Source: Takakia lepidozioides
Taxonomy: Eukaryota; Plantae; Bryophyta
DNA: 64,000 nucleotides
Reading direction: 5' to 3'
Assembly (NCBI GenBank): GCA_030704615.1
Contig: CM060734.1
Location: forward strand, 46,066,001-46,130,000
Part shown: one piece after another, positions 38,605 through 52,634 of the stretch
Numbering within the stretch: position 1 is the first letter of the stretch
How the letters are laid out: each line of letters begins with the position of its first letter
The notes under the pieces: generated by a model
What the model was told of the DNA's origin: nothing
Database searches by the model: none
Seen by the model: only the letters and a program-made list of their open reading frames with translations
Translations under genes and position numbers: made by a program

Positions 38605-41600
38605 TCACCTTGCTGATGGCTTTACAAAGTTTTCACTAGAATTGGTTGAAGCCAGAGGATAAGGAGCATGACCATCTAACGAACCTGGGGATAAACTCGG
38701 GGGTGCCAGGGTCGAAGGACTGGGGGCCTTACTATGGAATTGACTGGACCTGTTTGTATATTTGTAGGTCTCAAGCTGTATTGCCTCTGTAATCCCTTTC
38801 ACCACTTCAGTGATGTCAGGCCGGTGGTAGCTAAGGGGCTCCACGCTCAAAATCGCCAGCTCTGCCACCTTCCACATAGCTTGTATGCTGTAGTTGTTTC
38901 CAAGGGCCGGGTCGACAATTGCTTCAAGATCTCCCTTTTGCAAGAGCGACCTCGCCTAAACATGAATTATCACATTGCCACACGTCAGGGACTGGTAGAG
39001 CTGACTTTTAGTGATTACCACATTGACCTTCCAGTTGTTATAGCTCTCTCGACATCATATCTGAAAGGCCAGAATAATGTTCTATGTATCAAGACAGGTC
39101 TTCAGGACAAATAGATTTCTCCTCCCTCTCTCAGGACTCCCTTTGAACTGGAGGCTGGGTTGATGGCCACAAGAGATATGGCAAGCACAGCTTGATGGCT
39201 GGAGGGATCTTTCCCTACATTGCAATATCCAAAGGAAGGAACAAAATTACAAGTTTCCTGTGTTGCACTGCTTTGATTTCCTTTCTAGGCCCAACTTGGA
39301 ATCCAAGGCTTTTGAGATGTACTGGGCACATATCAACCATCTCTTCCCTCTGTACCTATCTTTTAATGTGAATACCATATATGAAAATGCAGATGGGACC
39401 TCACCCAATTGACAATGCTGAAACCTGGAGGATTGTGCTGTGAAGAAAGTGGGCCCCTTCCTGAAATCAACTCAAGAAGCACCACACCAAAGCTATATAC
39501 ATCGCTCTTCCTTGTCAGCTGCTGTGACTGGTCATACCTGCGGGGCCAAAAACCGAACGTGCTTGAGCTCCTGTGGGAGACAAAATAAACTTCACAGTAC
39601 ATATGGAAGCCCAAAGAGCTTTCTGTGGCAAGAGCACATAACAGACAAGAAACAACAACGAAGGAAAGCCTGGGCTTAAATGACTGATCAAATATGGAGG
39701 GCTTCTGCATGAAAAAATTATTGGGATCCATTAGTCTATTAATCTCCAACATCTGCTTACCCATTAGAGTGGCTTGTACTTGTTGGGTTCTCAACATTTG
39801 GAGATGACACACAACTGTGTTTCCTAATGTCACTTGGGCACATAACTCAGACGCAATCATTTTCTTTCTTTCTTTCACGAGATCCGTGGGAGATTCCACT
39901 GTTTATTCCGTGGAACTCAATCTCTCACTGAAATCTTCCACTATGAGGATCAGAAATGCTTGGCAGCATACCTGCACGAGGCCTTCACCCTTAGACAATC
40001 ACTCGAACAATAGTTCTTATTCTTGGCTTTGGTTTTGTTTCCTCTCTCATGTTTTCTTCCATTTTGTCCCATAAGCCCTATGAGCTTTCCACGGACATTA
40101 TAAAGCACCATTTCATTCATTCATTTCATTTCTTTGAGCTTTCCATGGACATACAAAGTGTCATTTCATTTCATTTCTTGTTTCTATCTGTGTTTTAAGT
40201 TCTGAGTTAGGTCCTGACCTCCTTGATGTCCTCTCTTAGATGAAGAGCCTCATGTAGATATGCCGCAAGGATGTTAGGACCTGACCTCAGAAGTTAAAAT
40301 ACAAACAGAAGAAGAAAGTAAGAAACGAATAACATCTGCAGTGGAAGGTCTACTGCCCACCGGACAGGAGAGAACACAGTTGTCTGTCATCTCTGAATCT
40401 TGTGGACCAACAAGTACAAGACACTCTCAATATCATTGGCAGTGCCAGGGAAAATCCGGTACTGATGATGTAGAGCAGAGGGGGATACAAAGTAATGCAC
40501 ATAGTGGGTTTCAATCAGTAACAGTGGGATCATGCTAGTTAAGGCAAAGTAAGAGGACATACTCTGGATCAAGGTACCCAACAGTGCCCTGGACAGTGCC
40601 TGAGATTGGGCTGGATTCATCATTGGTGAGCTTTGACATCCCAAAGTCAGATACTTTGGCCACCATCTTGTTAGTGAGAAGAATGTTGCTGCTTTTGACA
40701 TCCCTATGAATGATGCTGGGATTGCATCCGGTGTGCAGATACTCCAGTCCTGGGAACATGTTAGATTTAAGAGGGCTCAAAAATTTCCCTACAAACTGGG
40801 CTCAACCTTAAAGCAAGAAGAAGAAAAGTGAATTGGCTGGTGTCAGAGTTCCATGGAAAGCTCAAAAAACTTGTGGGACAAAGGAAAGCAGGATAGAAGA
40901 GGCCCTCGACAAGCAGCCCAAAAACAACTACTCCACATCAATGAATTTTCCAGCCTGGAGAGCCTCATGGGAAAGGACATGAGGCTGAGGGTAAGGAAAC
41001 AAGTTTGACATTCCAGTTGCCAACATGTAGAAAATACTCTTAGCTAAACATCGTTTGCTTCCTCCTTCTACATTACCCCAGTCTAACACTTGGAGCTGCT
41101 AGTGCCTCCTTGGGGTGAGGGGACAAATTCAACAAGGCAATATCCCTGGGCCACATACTGTCAACAACCTAGGCCTATGGATTGAACCCAGGACAGCCTA
41201 CAATGTGGCCACATGTGGCTATCTGCTGGGCTGTCTGTTGGCACCTGGCATAGACAAGTATCCAATAACTGATCTCAAAGGCATGAGACTGTGGTAAAAC
41301 CAAGAAGCTTATCCATGCAATCCAAGATAGATATTAAACCATGGGGCACCTTTAGCTGCATCGAGAGCAAGGTTGAGTCGAGGAATCCAGTCCAGTGGTT
41401 TGGTGATTGCAGGTGGTCCTACACAATTGCAAGAAACCCAGCCCAGCTCTAGATTAATAATGCAGCATCACTTGTGGGAAGTATTTCTCATTCTGCAAAT
41501 GGCAATATCACCCTCTCCCTTGCCCTCATCAAAAGCCATGGCCACTGGCATTTTCTCTCTCCAACTGTCCAGCAGGGTCTGTAAGGTGGGGCTATGTTCC

Positions 41601-44600
41601 CAGAGTACATACATCATAGCCAATGTTGACAGGGAGACAGAAAGAAATGAAATGAAATGGTGCTTTATAACATCCGCGGAAAGCTCATAGAGCTTATGGG
41701 ACAAAATGGGAGAAAACATGAGAGAGGAAACACAACCAGAGCCAAAAATAAAACTATTGCTCGAGTGATTGTCTAAGGGTGAAGGCCTCGTGCAGGTAAG
41801 CTGCCAAGCATTTCTGATCCTCGTAGTGAAAGACTTCAGAAGAGAAATGAAATGAAATGGTGCTTTATAACGTCCGCGGAAAGCTCATAGAGCTTATGGG
41901 ACAAAATGGAAGAAAACATGAGAGAGGAACAAATCCAGAAACCACAATTAATGTTCTAGTGATTGTCTAAGGGTGAAGGCCTCGTGTAGGTAGGCTGCCA
42001 AGCATTTTTGATCCTCATAGTGGAAGACATCAGTGAGAGTTTGGGTTCCACTGAATAAACAGTGGAATCTCCCACGGATCTCGTAGTATAGAGGGCAGTA
42101 GAAGAAGAAGTGTTCTTCAGTTTCAATTTCCTTGCTGCGCCCTATGCAAGCTGGACATAGGTGGTCCTCCCGTTGCAGGTTTTCCCATCTGCCAGTCTCT
42201 ATCCGTAGGTTGTGGGAACCCACCCTGAACCGCCCCAATGCCCTCAGGAGGGAAGGAGATAAGGGTGCTGAAAGGTAATTTGGTCTCAAGATTCTATCAT
42301 CGCGGAGCACCAAGAATGTCTCTCGATAGAAGTGGGAGCTTTGTCGTGAGGTTGGGTAGCTTCCAAGTTCTCTTGACATGTAATTCCATAAGCTCTCTCC
42401 TAATGAGTCTGTTGCGGTCATGTCTGGATGTGATGTCTACCTCATCTGGGTTCATTGGTAATAGGAAAGCAGTAGAAAGTCTGTTACGTTGAAATAAACT
42501 GTCCACTCGAGCATACCAGGAGTTCCTGAAACCTGCAGCTTTGAGCCTCATAGATGTTGTGAGGGCCCTTGCCACTAGCCCTTTGGGTGGAAGGGCCTGC
42601 AATCTATGGAGAAAGATTGTAAGCCTGAAGAGGTCCTCGGATTCAATGGTACACATGCGAACTCTGCACCTAGGATCTGAAATGGAGTTGTGCTCCTGGC
42701 GCCAAGCATTGCTTGGAGAAAAGATGACTGTAATGGTTCCAAATTCTTTTCCCACCAGGAGACAGGGACACCAGGTGCCCAGAACTCACAACCATAGATG
42801 GAAGAGAGAGAGGAGGAGAAGAGATATTTTACTGTCCACAATGACCAGAAAGAAAGAACATACCTCCAATGAATAGACCTCAACACCTTAGGCAACCCAA
42901 ATAATTCATAAACAACAAAACTTGCTATGTAAGGTAATTGTTAGCTGCTACATAATCAATGCTGGAAAGAATACAAGACTTCTTGTTATGGTTTACCATG
43001 GAGGTGATCAAATAAGGTTCCATTTGGCATGAATTCATAAACCAGCATTCGTTCCTTGACGTCATGGCAGTAGCCGATCAGCGCCACCAGGTTGCGATGG
43101 TGCACTCTTGACAGGAGATTCACCTGCGCTTGGCAAGCACAAGCAACATAATATTAAAAACTAGGAGGACTGGGCTTGAGGATTTATACTCCACGTGTGA
43201 GATTTTCTTCACCAAGAAGTTTTTATTACAGCAATCCAGAAGAACCATACTTCAGATACTGAAATGGACCACACGTGTCACTTGGATTTGCCCCAGGTCA
43301 CAGCCCACCTCATTGAAAAATTCTCGCACTCCCTGCCGGGAATCCCCAGCCAACAATTTCACAGCTATTTCCTGGTTGTCTTTAGTCTTTCCATAAAACA
43401 CTGGACCAAAACCTCCCTCTCCAATCTTCTGACTGAAGTTCATTGTGGCCTCTTTCAATTCTGCCAGTTGGAAGTAGTGGGCCTGGTCAACAGGTGGCAC
43501 ATCAGGTGGTGCCAGTACTTCATCGAATGAAGAAAATCTTCCAGATGTGTGGGTTTGCGATGAGGGCCCTGCAATTAAACCTGAAATAAAAAGGTATATG
43601 TACGTTTAGAACTTTATTCCAAATCAGGAGATAAGCTTGAGGCGTATAGGATGTACTGCAGGACAATATGCTTCCAGAGGCACTTCTGGGGTTCCGCCCA
43701 CCAGGATATGCGACTCATGTTGAATTGCTGAAAGACAATGTTGATGACAGATATGATACTGCCAGTCACAGAGTGTCTACACAAGGAAAGGACGACGAGC
43801 AGAAGAAGGTATCATGGAACACAGAGGACAGATCATAGGACAGAGTAGAAATGAAATGAAATGGAATGGAATGGTACTTTATACTTTATGGTACTTTATA
43901 GAAAGAACTTGGTAATGTCACAGGGGGCCGCAAGGGCTTTTGGGACAAACCAGGAAAACCAGAAACCACTTGAGAAACACCAAATGTCACACTAAGCCAC
44001 AGTGCTCAGAGAGAGATGCACTGATTATATTTCCTTGTTGTGGGATTCTGGCCTTGCGAAGAAAAAAGAACAGATGAACAGAAGACATGGCTGATGTGAC
44101 GTACTGGTCTTTGTGCTTCCCCCTGTTGCTGATTTCTGGTGTCGTCTGACGAAAAAGAAAAGGGCTAAGGCTCCCAGTATGAACAAAAACGCACCGGCTG
44201 CTATGCTGCCTACCACTGCAGCAACGTTTACATCCGACCTTGACGACTGAGAACAGCTTGTGCTTGCACAGAGATTAGGGTTTCCCTCGTACCTGAAGTA
44301 TTGGATATTGCATTTGAGTGTGTTCCTGAAACTGCTATTATCACTCCCATCACAGGTAAAGCTGATTGCAGAAGAGTAGCAAGAAGGGCATTTTTTTTGG
44401 ATTTTCAATCTTAACTGGGAAAGAGGTGCTGCTATAAGTCTTGGTCAAGTTGACAGTCAAAAATCCAAATTGTCGTTAACTCAACAGAAAAGTGCCCCCC
44501 CACCCAACAACCAGGCACCACAACCATAATACAACAATTCAATGTGACCAAGACAGGCGTAACTTATCATGCATCCTTCACCTATTAGTGCTCGCAGGTG

Positions 44601-47574
44601 GACACTCTTAAACAGCCACATACGTGACCAGGACACAGTGCAGTGGCCCTTGGTGGAATCTGTTGTGAAGGGCTTTCCACTATAATGTCCAGACAATGAA
44701 ACTTCCATGTACCAAAGTTCCATTCCCCAGATATAGCCCCAAATTAGTTCTGGTAGAACATTTGGAATCATTCTACATTTTTTGATGTACTTTCTGGTAT
44801 TGAAAGCTGGTCCAGGGAATGGACCAAGCATGTCTGCCATGGTATTATCTCTGAAAGGAAAATTCGCAGTGGAAATCGATCCTTTAAAGCAGAATTGTGT
44901 AAACAATGGTTTGAGAATGTTTTGAAATTGAAATCATTGACGCATTGACACTAGCCTGTCATTCCCCATTTGCTTTTTGCATGCAACCAGTATGCGATAG
45001 ACCAGTTAGTTCATCCTAGTGATGTCACCCGTAGACTCACCTGATATTCAACCCGGACTTACCGAGGAGGCTTCTTGGGACAGTTCCAGTCAATTGATTG
45101 TTCTCCACCCATCTGCTTCATAACAGTCACACAGGCCTGAATCCAGACAGTTCCAATGTAGCTTCCAACACCATCACATCAAGAATCTTTCAAAAATATC
45201 ACATAAACTGGTCAACTTTCTTTAATGCCACGTAGTGCTGTCATGTGATGCCCTTAATCTGTCTTATATTTTACATTTCTCTATTTTAGAGGAAATGACA
45301 TGGAATGGTACTTTATAATGTAAGCCTGAATATGAATTTTACGAGTCTAATACACAACTTAGAAAAGAGTAGAATTGGATGCACTATGTTGAGAACCAAA
45401 CAATGAGTATTTCATGCTAAAGTCTACGGTGCGTCTGTCTGTCTCTCCCCTTGCTCTCAAGTAGGCCTCTGCGAAACAGTGAAGTAATACTATGGCATCA
45501 ACTGGAAATACAATAAGTTTGAAAGCGACTGTGTGGACAAGAAAGAAAAGTGGAAGCTTACATTTCCGTCAAATTAGGGAGATCCGCAAGCCACTGGGGG
45601 AATTGTCCACTCAACTGATTGTTCTGAAGTTGCCTGCCAACGATGAAACAGTCACCTGTTTTTAACATGCATCTGAAAGGGCCAGCGAATGAAGAAATGA
45701 AATGAACAATCTGATACTTTATAAGAAGGGAAGGAGCAGGTATCAGTTGAGTTGTAATGGTTCAACTCCTCCTCTTTAGTGTCCCATAGCTATATTGGCA
45801 ACGTCCAATTTCATCTGACAGACCATCTAATAACCCAATAATCTTTCTTTATGAGTACAAGAGTATACATACACAGTTAAGTAAGGTATAGGACCAGTTA
45901 AATTATTGGAGCCAAGCAAATTGCAGCACCAACAACAACTGTTGTAAAATAAAAGGTAACATACAAGAAGGAACAACTTGAAATTGTAGAGAAGAGGAGA
46001 ATTAGCTACAATGCCTGAAGGAAAAAATGATGTTTTTAAAGAGATTTGTAAAGCCAGACACCATGAGAGAGGAGTTTCTTGAGGACAAAGACATACATGC
46101 TTTGCAAGGCGGTCATGGCAGAAAGACCAGAGGGAATTGAGCCTGTGATATTCTTCCCTGACAAGGTTCTAGCATGGTCACCACCAACAATGAACATGTC
46201 AGATCCATATGAGCAAAGAGCATGGGAGAAGTAGGAGTGAATGGATGGTGGGCTAGGTGGATGGGCTCAGCACCCAATCATTCCCAAGGGTCACACAATG
46301 CATTTGCAACTAATAAATTCTGCCCATGCACTTGATAGCCCTGGTCTACTGACTGAGGGCTCCCAGCTCCCAGTGTGGATCGGAAGCACCCTCTCTTTTC
46401 TGCAACAACACCTAACCGTCCCCCTTCTGCCCCAGAAAAGACCGGTCACCAGATTCTGGACATTCCAGTGGTGTGATCTTTCCACTTGGTAATGTGGCCG
46501 TCCAAACTAGATGAGGACCAGAAAGGGGGGGATCAGTACATGGTAATCACCCTTGGTGGCGTCGCAGAATTGCAGGTCACCCAGTCCCAAGGCAAGGGTA
46601 GGCATGGGTCACCTTGAGACTCTTCTAATGCAAGCTGGCTCGTAAATCCTGTGAGTGAGGCCACTGAATTGAAAACAAACCACACTCCAATCAGTGCCTT
46701 TTCTTTCCACAATACTCCACCATCCAAAGCAGCATACATATACCTCAGTAGGTGCAATGAGAAGAGGGAAGAGAGGGCACGGGTTGGCCAGCCAACTGAT
46801 GAAGAAGGCAGTGACTGGAGGCAAGTTGACCTGAAGTGACATGAAGGCAATGAAGGTTTGACATAAGGCACATGAAGAGGCAGAAAAAAGACTTACCATC
46901 TTGATTGTAAGTGGGGGTCACCTTCGGCAGTATTTCATAGATCTCCTGCGCGTTGAGTAAGGGGTTGAGAGTGGAGCTGGAGTCTTTAACAAGGGAGAAT
47001 TCCACATATTCAGGAAGAGTAACGTTTGAGTAGCTGGCCTCAAAAGCTATAAAGGACCCACCAACAGCTTGGTTGATGTTCAGGGGCTGATCAACAAAGG
47101 TGGAATCATTAGCATTAATGCTGAAACTGAAGGATCGGATGTCTGTCGGCCTCAGCTGCTGAATCTCTGCAAAGTATGTCACAGCATAGGCTTCGTTTGG
47201 GAAATAATCCAAATGATAACGGTAGGACAGAAGACCTTGGGTTCCAATGACTGCCGTTTGCATTACAGCAGCTGGGGGTTGGTCCTCTGCCAGGCTGATG
47301 TCAATGGAGTGGCTGGTGCTGTTTCTCATGATTCTGTCAGATAAATTCAGTAGATCACCTGCTTGTGCCGAACCTGCTTGGTCTGATACCCAGATACGAT
47401 CCACTGGGTCATCTGGATACCTGATTTGCAAGCCACCACGGAACACCCATCTCTGAGATGCTCTGTTACAGCCTCATTCACTGAGATTCTTTTGTTACAA
47501 TTCTTCCAATCACTGCACAGCCTCTCTCTCTCCCAGGTGCACATGCACTAACGGAAAGATAAGTTAAACAAACA

Positions 47575-47615
<41 letters not shown>

Positions 47616-49673
47616 GGAATTGTGCCTGTACCCCTGTTTACCAACTTTGAAAGTCTCGAGGCTGAGCCAAAAGCCCGAGGCCTAGTTTTTGGGCAAATCA
47701 CACACAGCAGATTGATGCTTGTGTGAAGGGATTTCTAGAGGATATCTGGAAAACCCGGATTAATTCTTTATATGAAGGTAAGTCGTACTACCAACGTCAG
47801 CCCCTGACAGAGGTAGATTCTGTTCCTTTTGTTCCCGCTCAAGGGTCAATGGCCACAAGGCTACGGCAAACAACGTCTTATGAGTACTATATCTCTCTAC
47901 GGGAAAATCTCGAGGCTGAGGCAAAAGCCCAGGCCCTTTTGGGGCCTAGTTATCGGGCAAATCACACACAACAGATTGATGCTTGTGTAAAGCGATTTCT
48001 AAAAGGATATCTGGAAAACTCGGATCAATTGTCTGTTCCAAGGGTAAGTCATACTACCGGCGTCAGCCCCTGACAAAGGTAGTTTCTGTCCCTTTGTGTT
48101 CCGCTCAAACTGGGCACGGGGTCAATGGCCACAAGGCTACGGCAAACAACGTCTTATGAGTACATTCTCTCTCCCAATGTGGCTCTTTTTGCTCAGTTAG
48201 AGAAGCTTATAAAAAAAGATGTAACCCTCCTTGCGTTCACACTATGGGGTGCACTAAATTGATGCAATGTACAGAGCTTTATTAAGAAATCTTGAAGGCT
48301 AGATTCAGCGTTATCTTTAGAGTGAGTCTTCTGCGATGGTAGTAGTCTCTCTTTTGCTATCCTCCCATCCTCTCCACCCTCCACCCTCCTGTCCAGCTTC
48401 AAATCTTCAGTGTCATCTGGAATTAACGCCGTCTGCTCAACCTGCTATCCTCCCCTCCCTTCTGACCCTCTCCTTGGGTTCCATCCAATTTGGAAGCAAT
48501 GATGCAATGTTTATGTCCAACAAGGCTACAAAAGCCATTGATGATATGTACGTGATAATCATTCTCCTACCCTAACGAGTAATAATCATTCTTCCACACT
48601 CTCTGCATGTTTTGACAAGCAAACAAACATACACAATTCTATTTCCCTTCTATTCCTGCGTGTCTCACCCAGTCAGTATGACTGTGTGTCCGTCTTCCAG
48701 TAAAATCTATGCAAACAAATCTCAGTTGCATCAACACAAGAGTTTTAAGTCTAACCACTAGGACATTTCAGGTGATTCCATCCCCAGAAAGCAAGAATAT
48801 GTGTGTACACATTTGCAAGTGTGGTTGTAACAAGACAGATTTTATGAAAATTACCGCACTGCAGCTGCTGATGGTGCACCATAATTTATCCGGACCTTGT
48901 AGGATAGGTAGGCCTCATTCATATAGGAAAGCCCATAAATCCCTCCAGTAATGGGCCGTAATTCCAGGGTGGAGATAAAGGGTGTACCCTGCTCCTTATT
49001 CAGCAGACAAACAGAGAAGTTGGAGCTCTGCGCAGATGCAATGATCTCTTCAAAGTAAGTGAAGCTTGAGTTAGCTATAGTCACTGTCGCCCAAGTGGTC
49101 GCATCAAGTGAAAGAGCAAAAATTGGATTTGTCAAGGCCCCATCGTAGTTTCCGTAGAGAAAAGTGGCTCGAATGAGGTAGCGGGTGCTGACATTCGCTG
49201 GAAGGGAGTAGCAATTCTTAGTCTGGTTGTTTGTAAATTCCCGCAAGTTCTGTAGTGGCTGGCTGCCAGTATGCATGGAGAGTGAAGCTGGACTGCCATT
49301 GAACACATATCCAGTATCTGGCACCCACGATATATTGTTCGTTGCATCCGTGTAGCTTTTCGTGCCCCCGCAATCAAGGCTTATAAATCCTGCACTCAGA
49401 ATGCAGGCAAACATTGGGGTTACTAGCACACAAAGGTAGAAGAGAACAGCCGCTGCAAATTTTGAAGCGCCTCGCCACTTAACCAACAACAATGTCTACG
49501 ACATTTTTATTGGATACAAATTGCCACTGTAGATCCTAGAAACGAGTACAACTGAATGTTTACATTGTAAGGGGAAGGTGGGTAGGGGTGGACTCACCGG
49601 GTTGTGCCGCAACGTTGGGTCTCCCAGGCAAAAGAATTAGAAGATATAGTAGATAGTATGAGGCCATCCTCAT
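38605..49673 (-). CDS. Malectin-like domain / LRR receptor-like kinase (LRR-I type), about 14 exons
   Basis: Signal exon 49673-49598. Malectin-like exons [28 protein letters not shown] and [23 protein letters not shown] motif at ~46600, three short LRR exons, TM helix at ~44150-44230. Kinase exons [58 protein letters not shown]; stop at 38605. Confidence 0.93.
39876..40176 (+). mobile_element. Two stacked 3'-end fragments of LINE family B with (CATTT)n tails
   Basis: Reverse complement of the 41844-42090 region; both end in CATTT repeats. Confidence 0.85.
41640..42800 (-). mobile_element. LINE family B (RTE-like): short copy 41640-41837 and longer 5'-truncated copy 41844-~42800 in an RLK intron
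   Basis: [41 protein letters not shown] is the C-terminus of an RTE-type ORF. 3' (CATTT)n tail. Confidence 0.88.
47580..48164 (+). mobile_element. (CT)n microsatellite followed by two tandem 3' fragments of LINE family A (47615-47887, ~47906-48164)
   Basis: Near-identity to 3081-3374; both copies end GTCTTATGAGTAC. Confidence 0.9.
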
Positions 49674-52634
49674 AATTCTGAACTGAATTACGTCAAGAAT
49701 ACGCAGGATGTTGCTCTACTTAGCCATAGCCAGAGCTCAGTTTCAATCAATTCTTCCATGTCATCAATAACAAATCCTGAAATTCTCGAACTACTTTAAG
49801 AAGTCCACCTCGTGCCATCTTCCATCCTCCTCTCCAACCACTCCCTTCTCCCCTGCACTTTCACGTAACCCTTGAATTTTTCACGAGTCTGACTCAGGGA
49901 AGTCGCCAAATCCTCATTTTTCCTGCACTCTCTCTTTCTCTCGTAATCTGATCAGTGCTCTAGGACCAAGTAAAAATTCATGTGCATCCCCTCGCTCCCC
50001 CTCTAGCAGTCATCGTGGCCTCTCTCTTGCTCCTTTTCTCACCAATTCAGTCTCCCATTGTCATCATGCCTACATAGCTCGCGGCGCTGCTTCCCTCTCC
50101 CACCTCAATACTTCGCTAGCTGCTACCCACCTGATCATGTCCTGATTGCCTGACTGGGCATCGTGTCAGTCATCTACATGTCCACCCAAGAGTGGGAAAA
50201 GGAGAGTGGAACTATTTTCGAGACGATACCGGGTGAACTTCAGTCGTCAGTAATAATTTGAGTAACATTGTTTTGTTCCTCTTAGCTGAAACCCAAGGTT
50301 CTGATCCTCTCAAAGTAACGAAAACCAAAACCCTCACTCCCACACTCATACTGTCTGATGAGCCTCGATCTTGCTTTTCTGATCTCTCTCCAGAGCATCG
50401 CCTCTTCCACCAATGTCTCCACTGACAAGCTCCGAACGGCGCCGCAGACAGCACACATACGTGGTACTCCCCAAGGATATAATACGTATAATCGTCAGAT
50501 GGCGATATCTACTTACTACCTGGCTATGAAGATCCTACAGAGACAGATCGAGGAAAATAGCGAAATATGAAATGGCGGAAGTAGAGCATAATATACATCT
50601 GGCGAAACAAACGTATACAGTATTGATAAGGGTATACAATATACACTGTGCGGAAGCTCAGGCCACCACTTGCCTGGCATGTGATTCAGCCGTCAGTGGC
50701 AGAAGCAGCTTTAGACTTTGATTTCCTCTTGGACCCTTTCTCCGCCTTACTTACTTACACAATCTCATTTCAAATGTTGTGTGGCTAATCCATTTCTATG
50801 GGTTCCGGGGTGCCCATAACTGCGAACAGCAGATGGGCAGTGAACGAAAAAGGAAGAGGGAGAAAAGGAGGTCATGAAGGCTGCATTTCTAAGCTGATGA
50901 TGAGATGCATGTCAGGACAGGCAAGATGCTCGCGACGTTTTCTTTTGTCGTGTTGTGAAGGTTGCACTCTCCGGGCCCCCCAGCCATGCAGCCATGGGGC
51001 ACGAGCTGCAACACGATGATCTGCGTCAGTCCCGACATATCCCGCTTTCAAGTTGTACAGGAGAGAATTTCTTGGCACTATTTAAGTATGCCTGGCTGTA
51101 GCAAGCTTCCTCGCTGTCACCGTTGCAGCCTGACTATTTCAGGATGCTCATTACTTGGCCATCAGTTTTGGCGCCTGTCACTCAGTTGCTTTCCTCTCCT
51201 AGGACCTGATGTATACATGTTGGGCACCACCTCGTTAACTTACAGAGTACCTGTCTCGTCAGACACGGGCCGCTTTCAGGCTCTGGAGACAAGGGAGACT
51301 CGTGTGTGGGGCAGAAAGAGGGCTAATACTTAAAGCCGCTTTGACCTTTTACACTTTCAATTCAAATGCGCCAGGTTATTAGTGTGAGGATTGGACTTGG
51401 GACTTCACTGCTCTACTATAATAAAGCAACACTGCTCGAAAATTTTCGTGATGAATGCAGCTATTCTTCTACCGTAGGTATGCAGATTAGGCACCCCAAG
51501 TGCCTAATAATCATTAAATTTGGAATATTCTTTTTAGGCACTTTAAAAAATGATTTATGTAAATTAGACACTTTTCATCCATAATTTTTGATGTTAGGCA
51601 CCTTTCATCACTTGGAACTTCTCCTTACAGCCCCAAAGGTCTCAGGCACCCTCTCTCTTCTTCCCCAAGACAAACCCTAAGAAAAAAGTCTTTTCTAATG
51701 GAGATGGCGTCCCAGCCTTTGTTTACAGCAGAGCTCCTCAAGTGGAAGTGGAAATGACTCTTTAGTTGCTGAGAGGTACCATATTTCTATCTTGATGTTG
51801 ACGTGGTGGAGAGCAAGAGTTGCTACCTTCGAAATTTGCACATTGAAGACTCAGATATACCTGACTTGAATGGGGATGAATACTTCAATGATGAGCATAT
51901 GCAGGATGTTCGAGACTCATTGGAAGGTCCTTTGGAGATTGTATGGACCTAAGGAGTTGGCCTATATTTTTTGAACATTTATGGAGGCATTTGTTTTTTG
52001 TTTTTAATAGAAATTATATAGAGTAGGATTTTTTTAGATAATTTTACTGAATTTTAGAGCTTCAACTTTGACAAATTATAAGGTATTCCAAGGACTTTGA
52101 GAAACTCGAATTTGAGTTTTCTTTCAATTTCCTAATCTTGTGTAATTTGGACTAATCCCTAAACCCTTAACCCTAAACCATGGTTTTTACAGTTTGTAGT
52201 ACTACTTTTGTAGTCTTGCTAATTTCAATGGTGTCACAGACATCCAAAGCATCATGTGACCTCTCACATAGGGTTTTGTTTCTGGGTTTAGCCTTTGTTG
52301 AAAGTGCCTTCAAGTATTATATAAATAGGTCGGAACAAGTGAATTCTGCACAAACCTTACTGCCCCATAAACGGTTCGCCGCATGCCATCGTTCAATCAC
52401 GCTCTGATAATAGATTTACAAAATATGGGGGTTCATGCGCCCCATGGTGCCCAAAGAGTTGCCTGTAGTGGTTGCTTCCTGAGGTAGGTCCAATGCGACT
52501 CAGTCGACCCAAAATCAAGTGTGCAAAATGCCAACTGCTGCTAGGTGGACGAGTAATACAACTCTTAATGTTAGCTGACAGGAAACAACTTCCTGCACAG
52601 AAGTGAATAAAGTAAGAAAGTTCTACAGTTTCTG

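Noticed and set aside
38605-49673. Calling the receptor kinase SYMRK
   Set aside because: The malectin-GDPC-LRR layout is shared across the LRR-I group, and the kinase text looks closer to non-symbiotic members. A phylogeny is needed.
52155-52180. CCCTAAA-like telomeric motifs
   Set aside because: Only about three degenerate units; at most telo-box-like, not an interstitial telomere.
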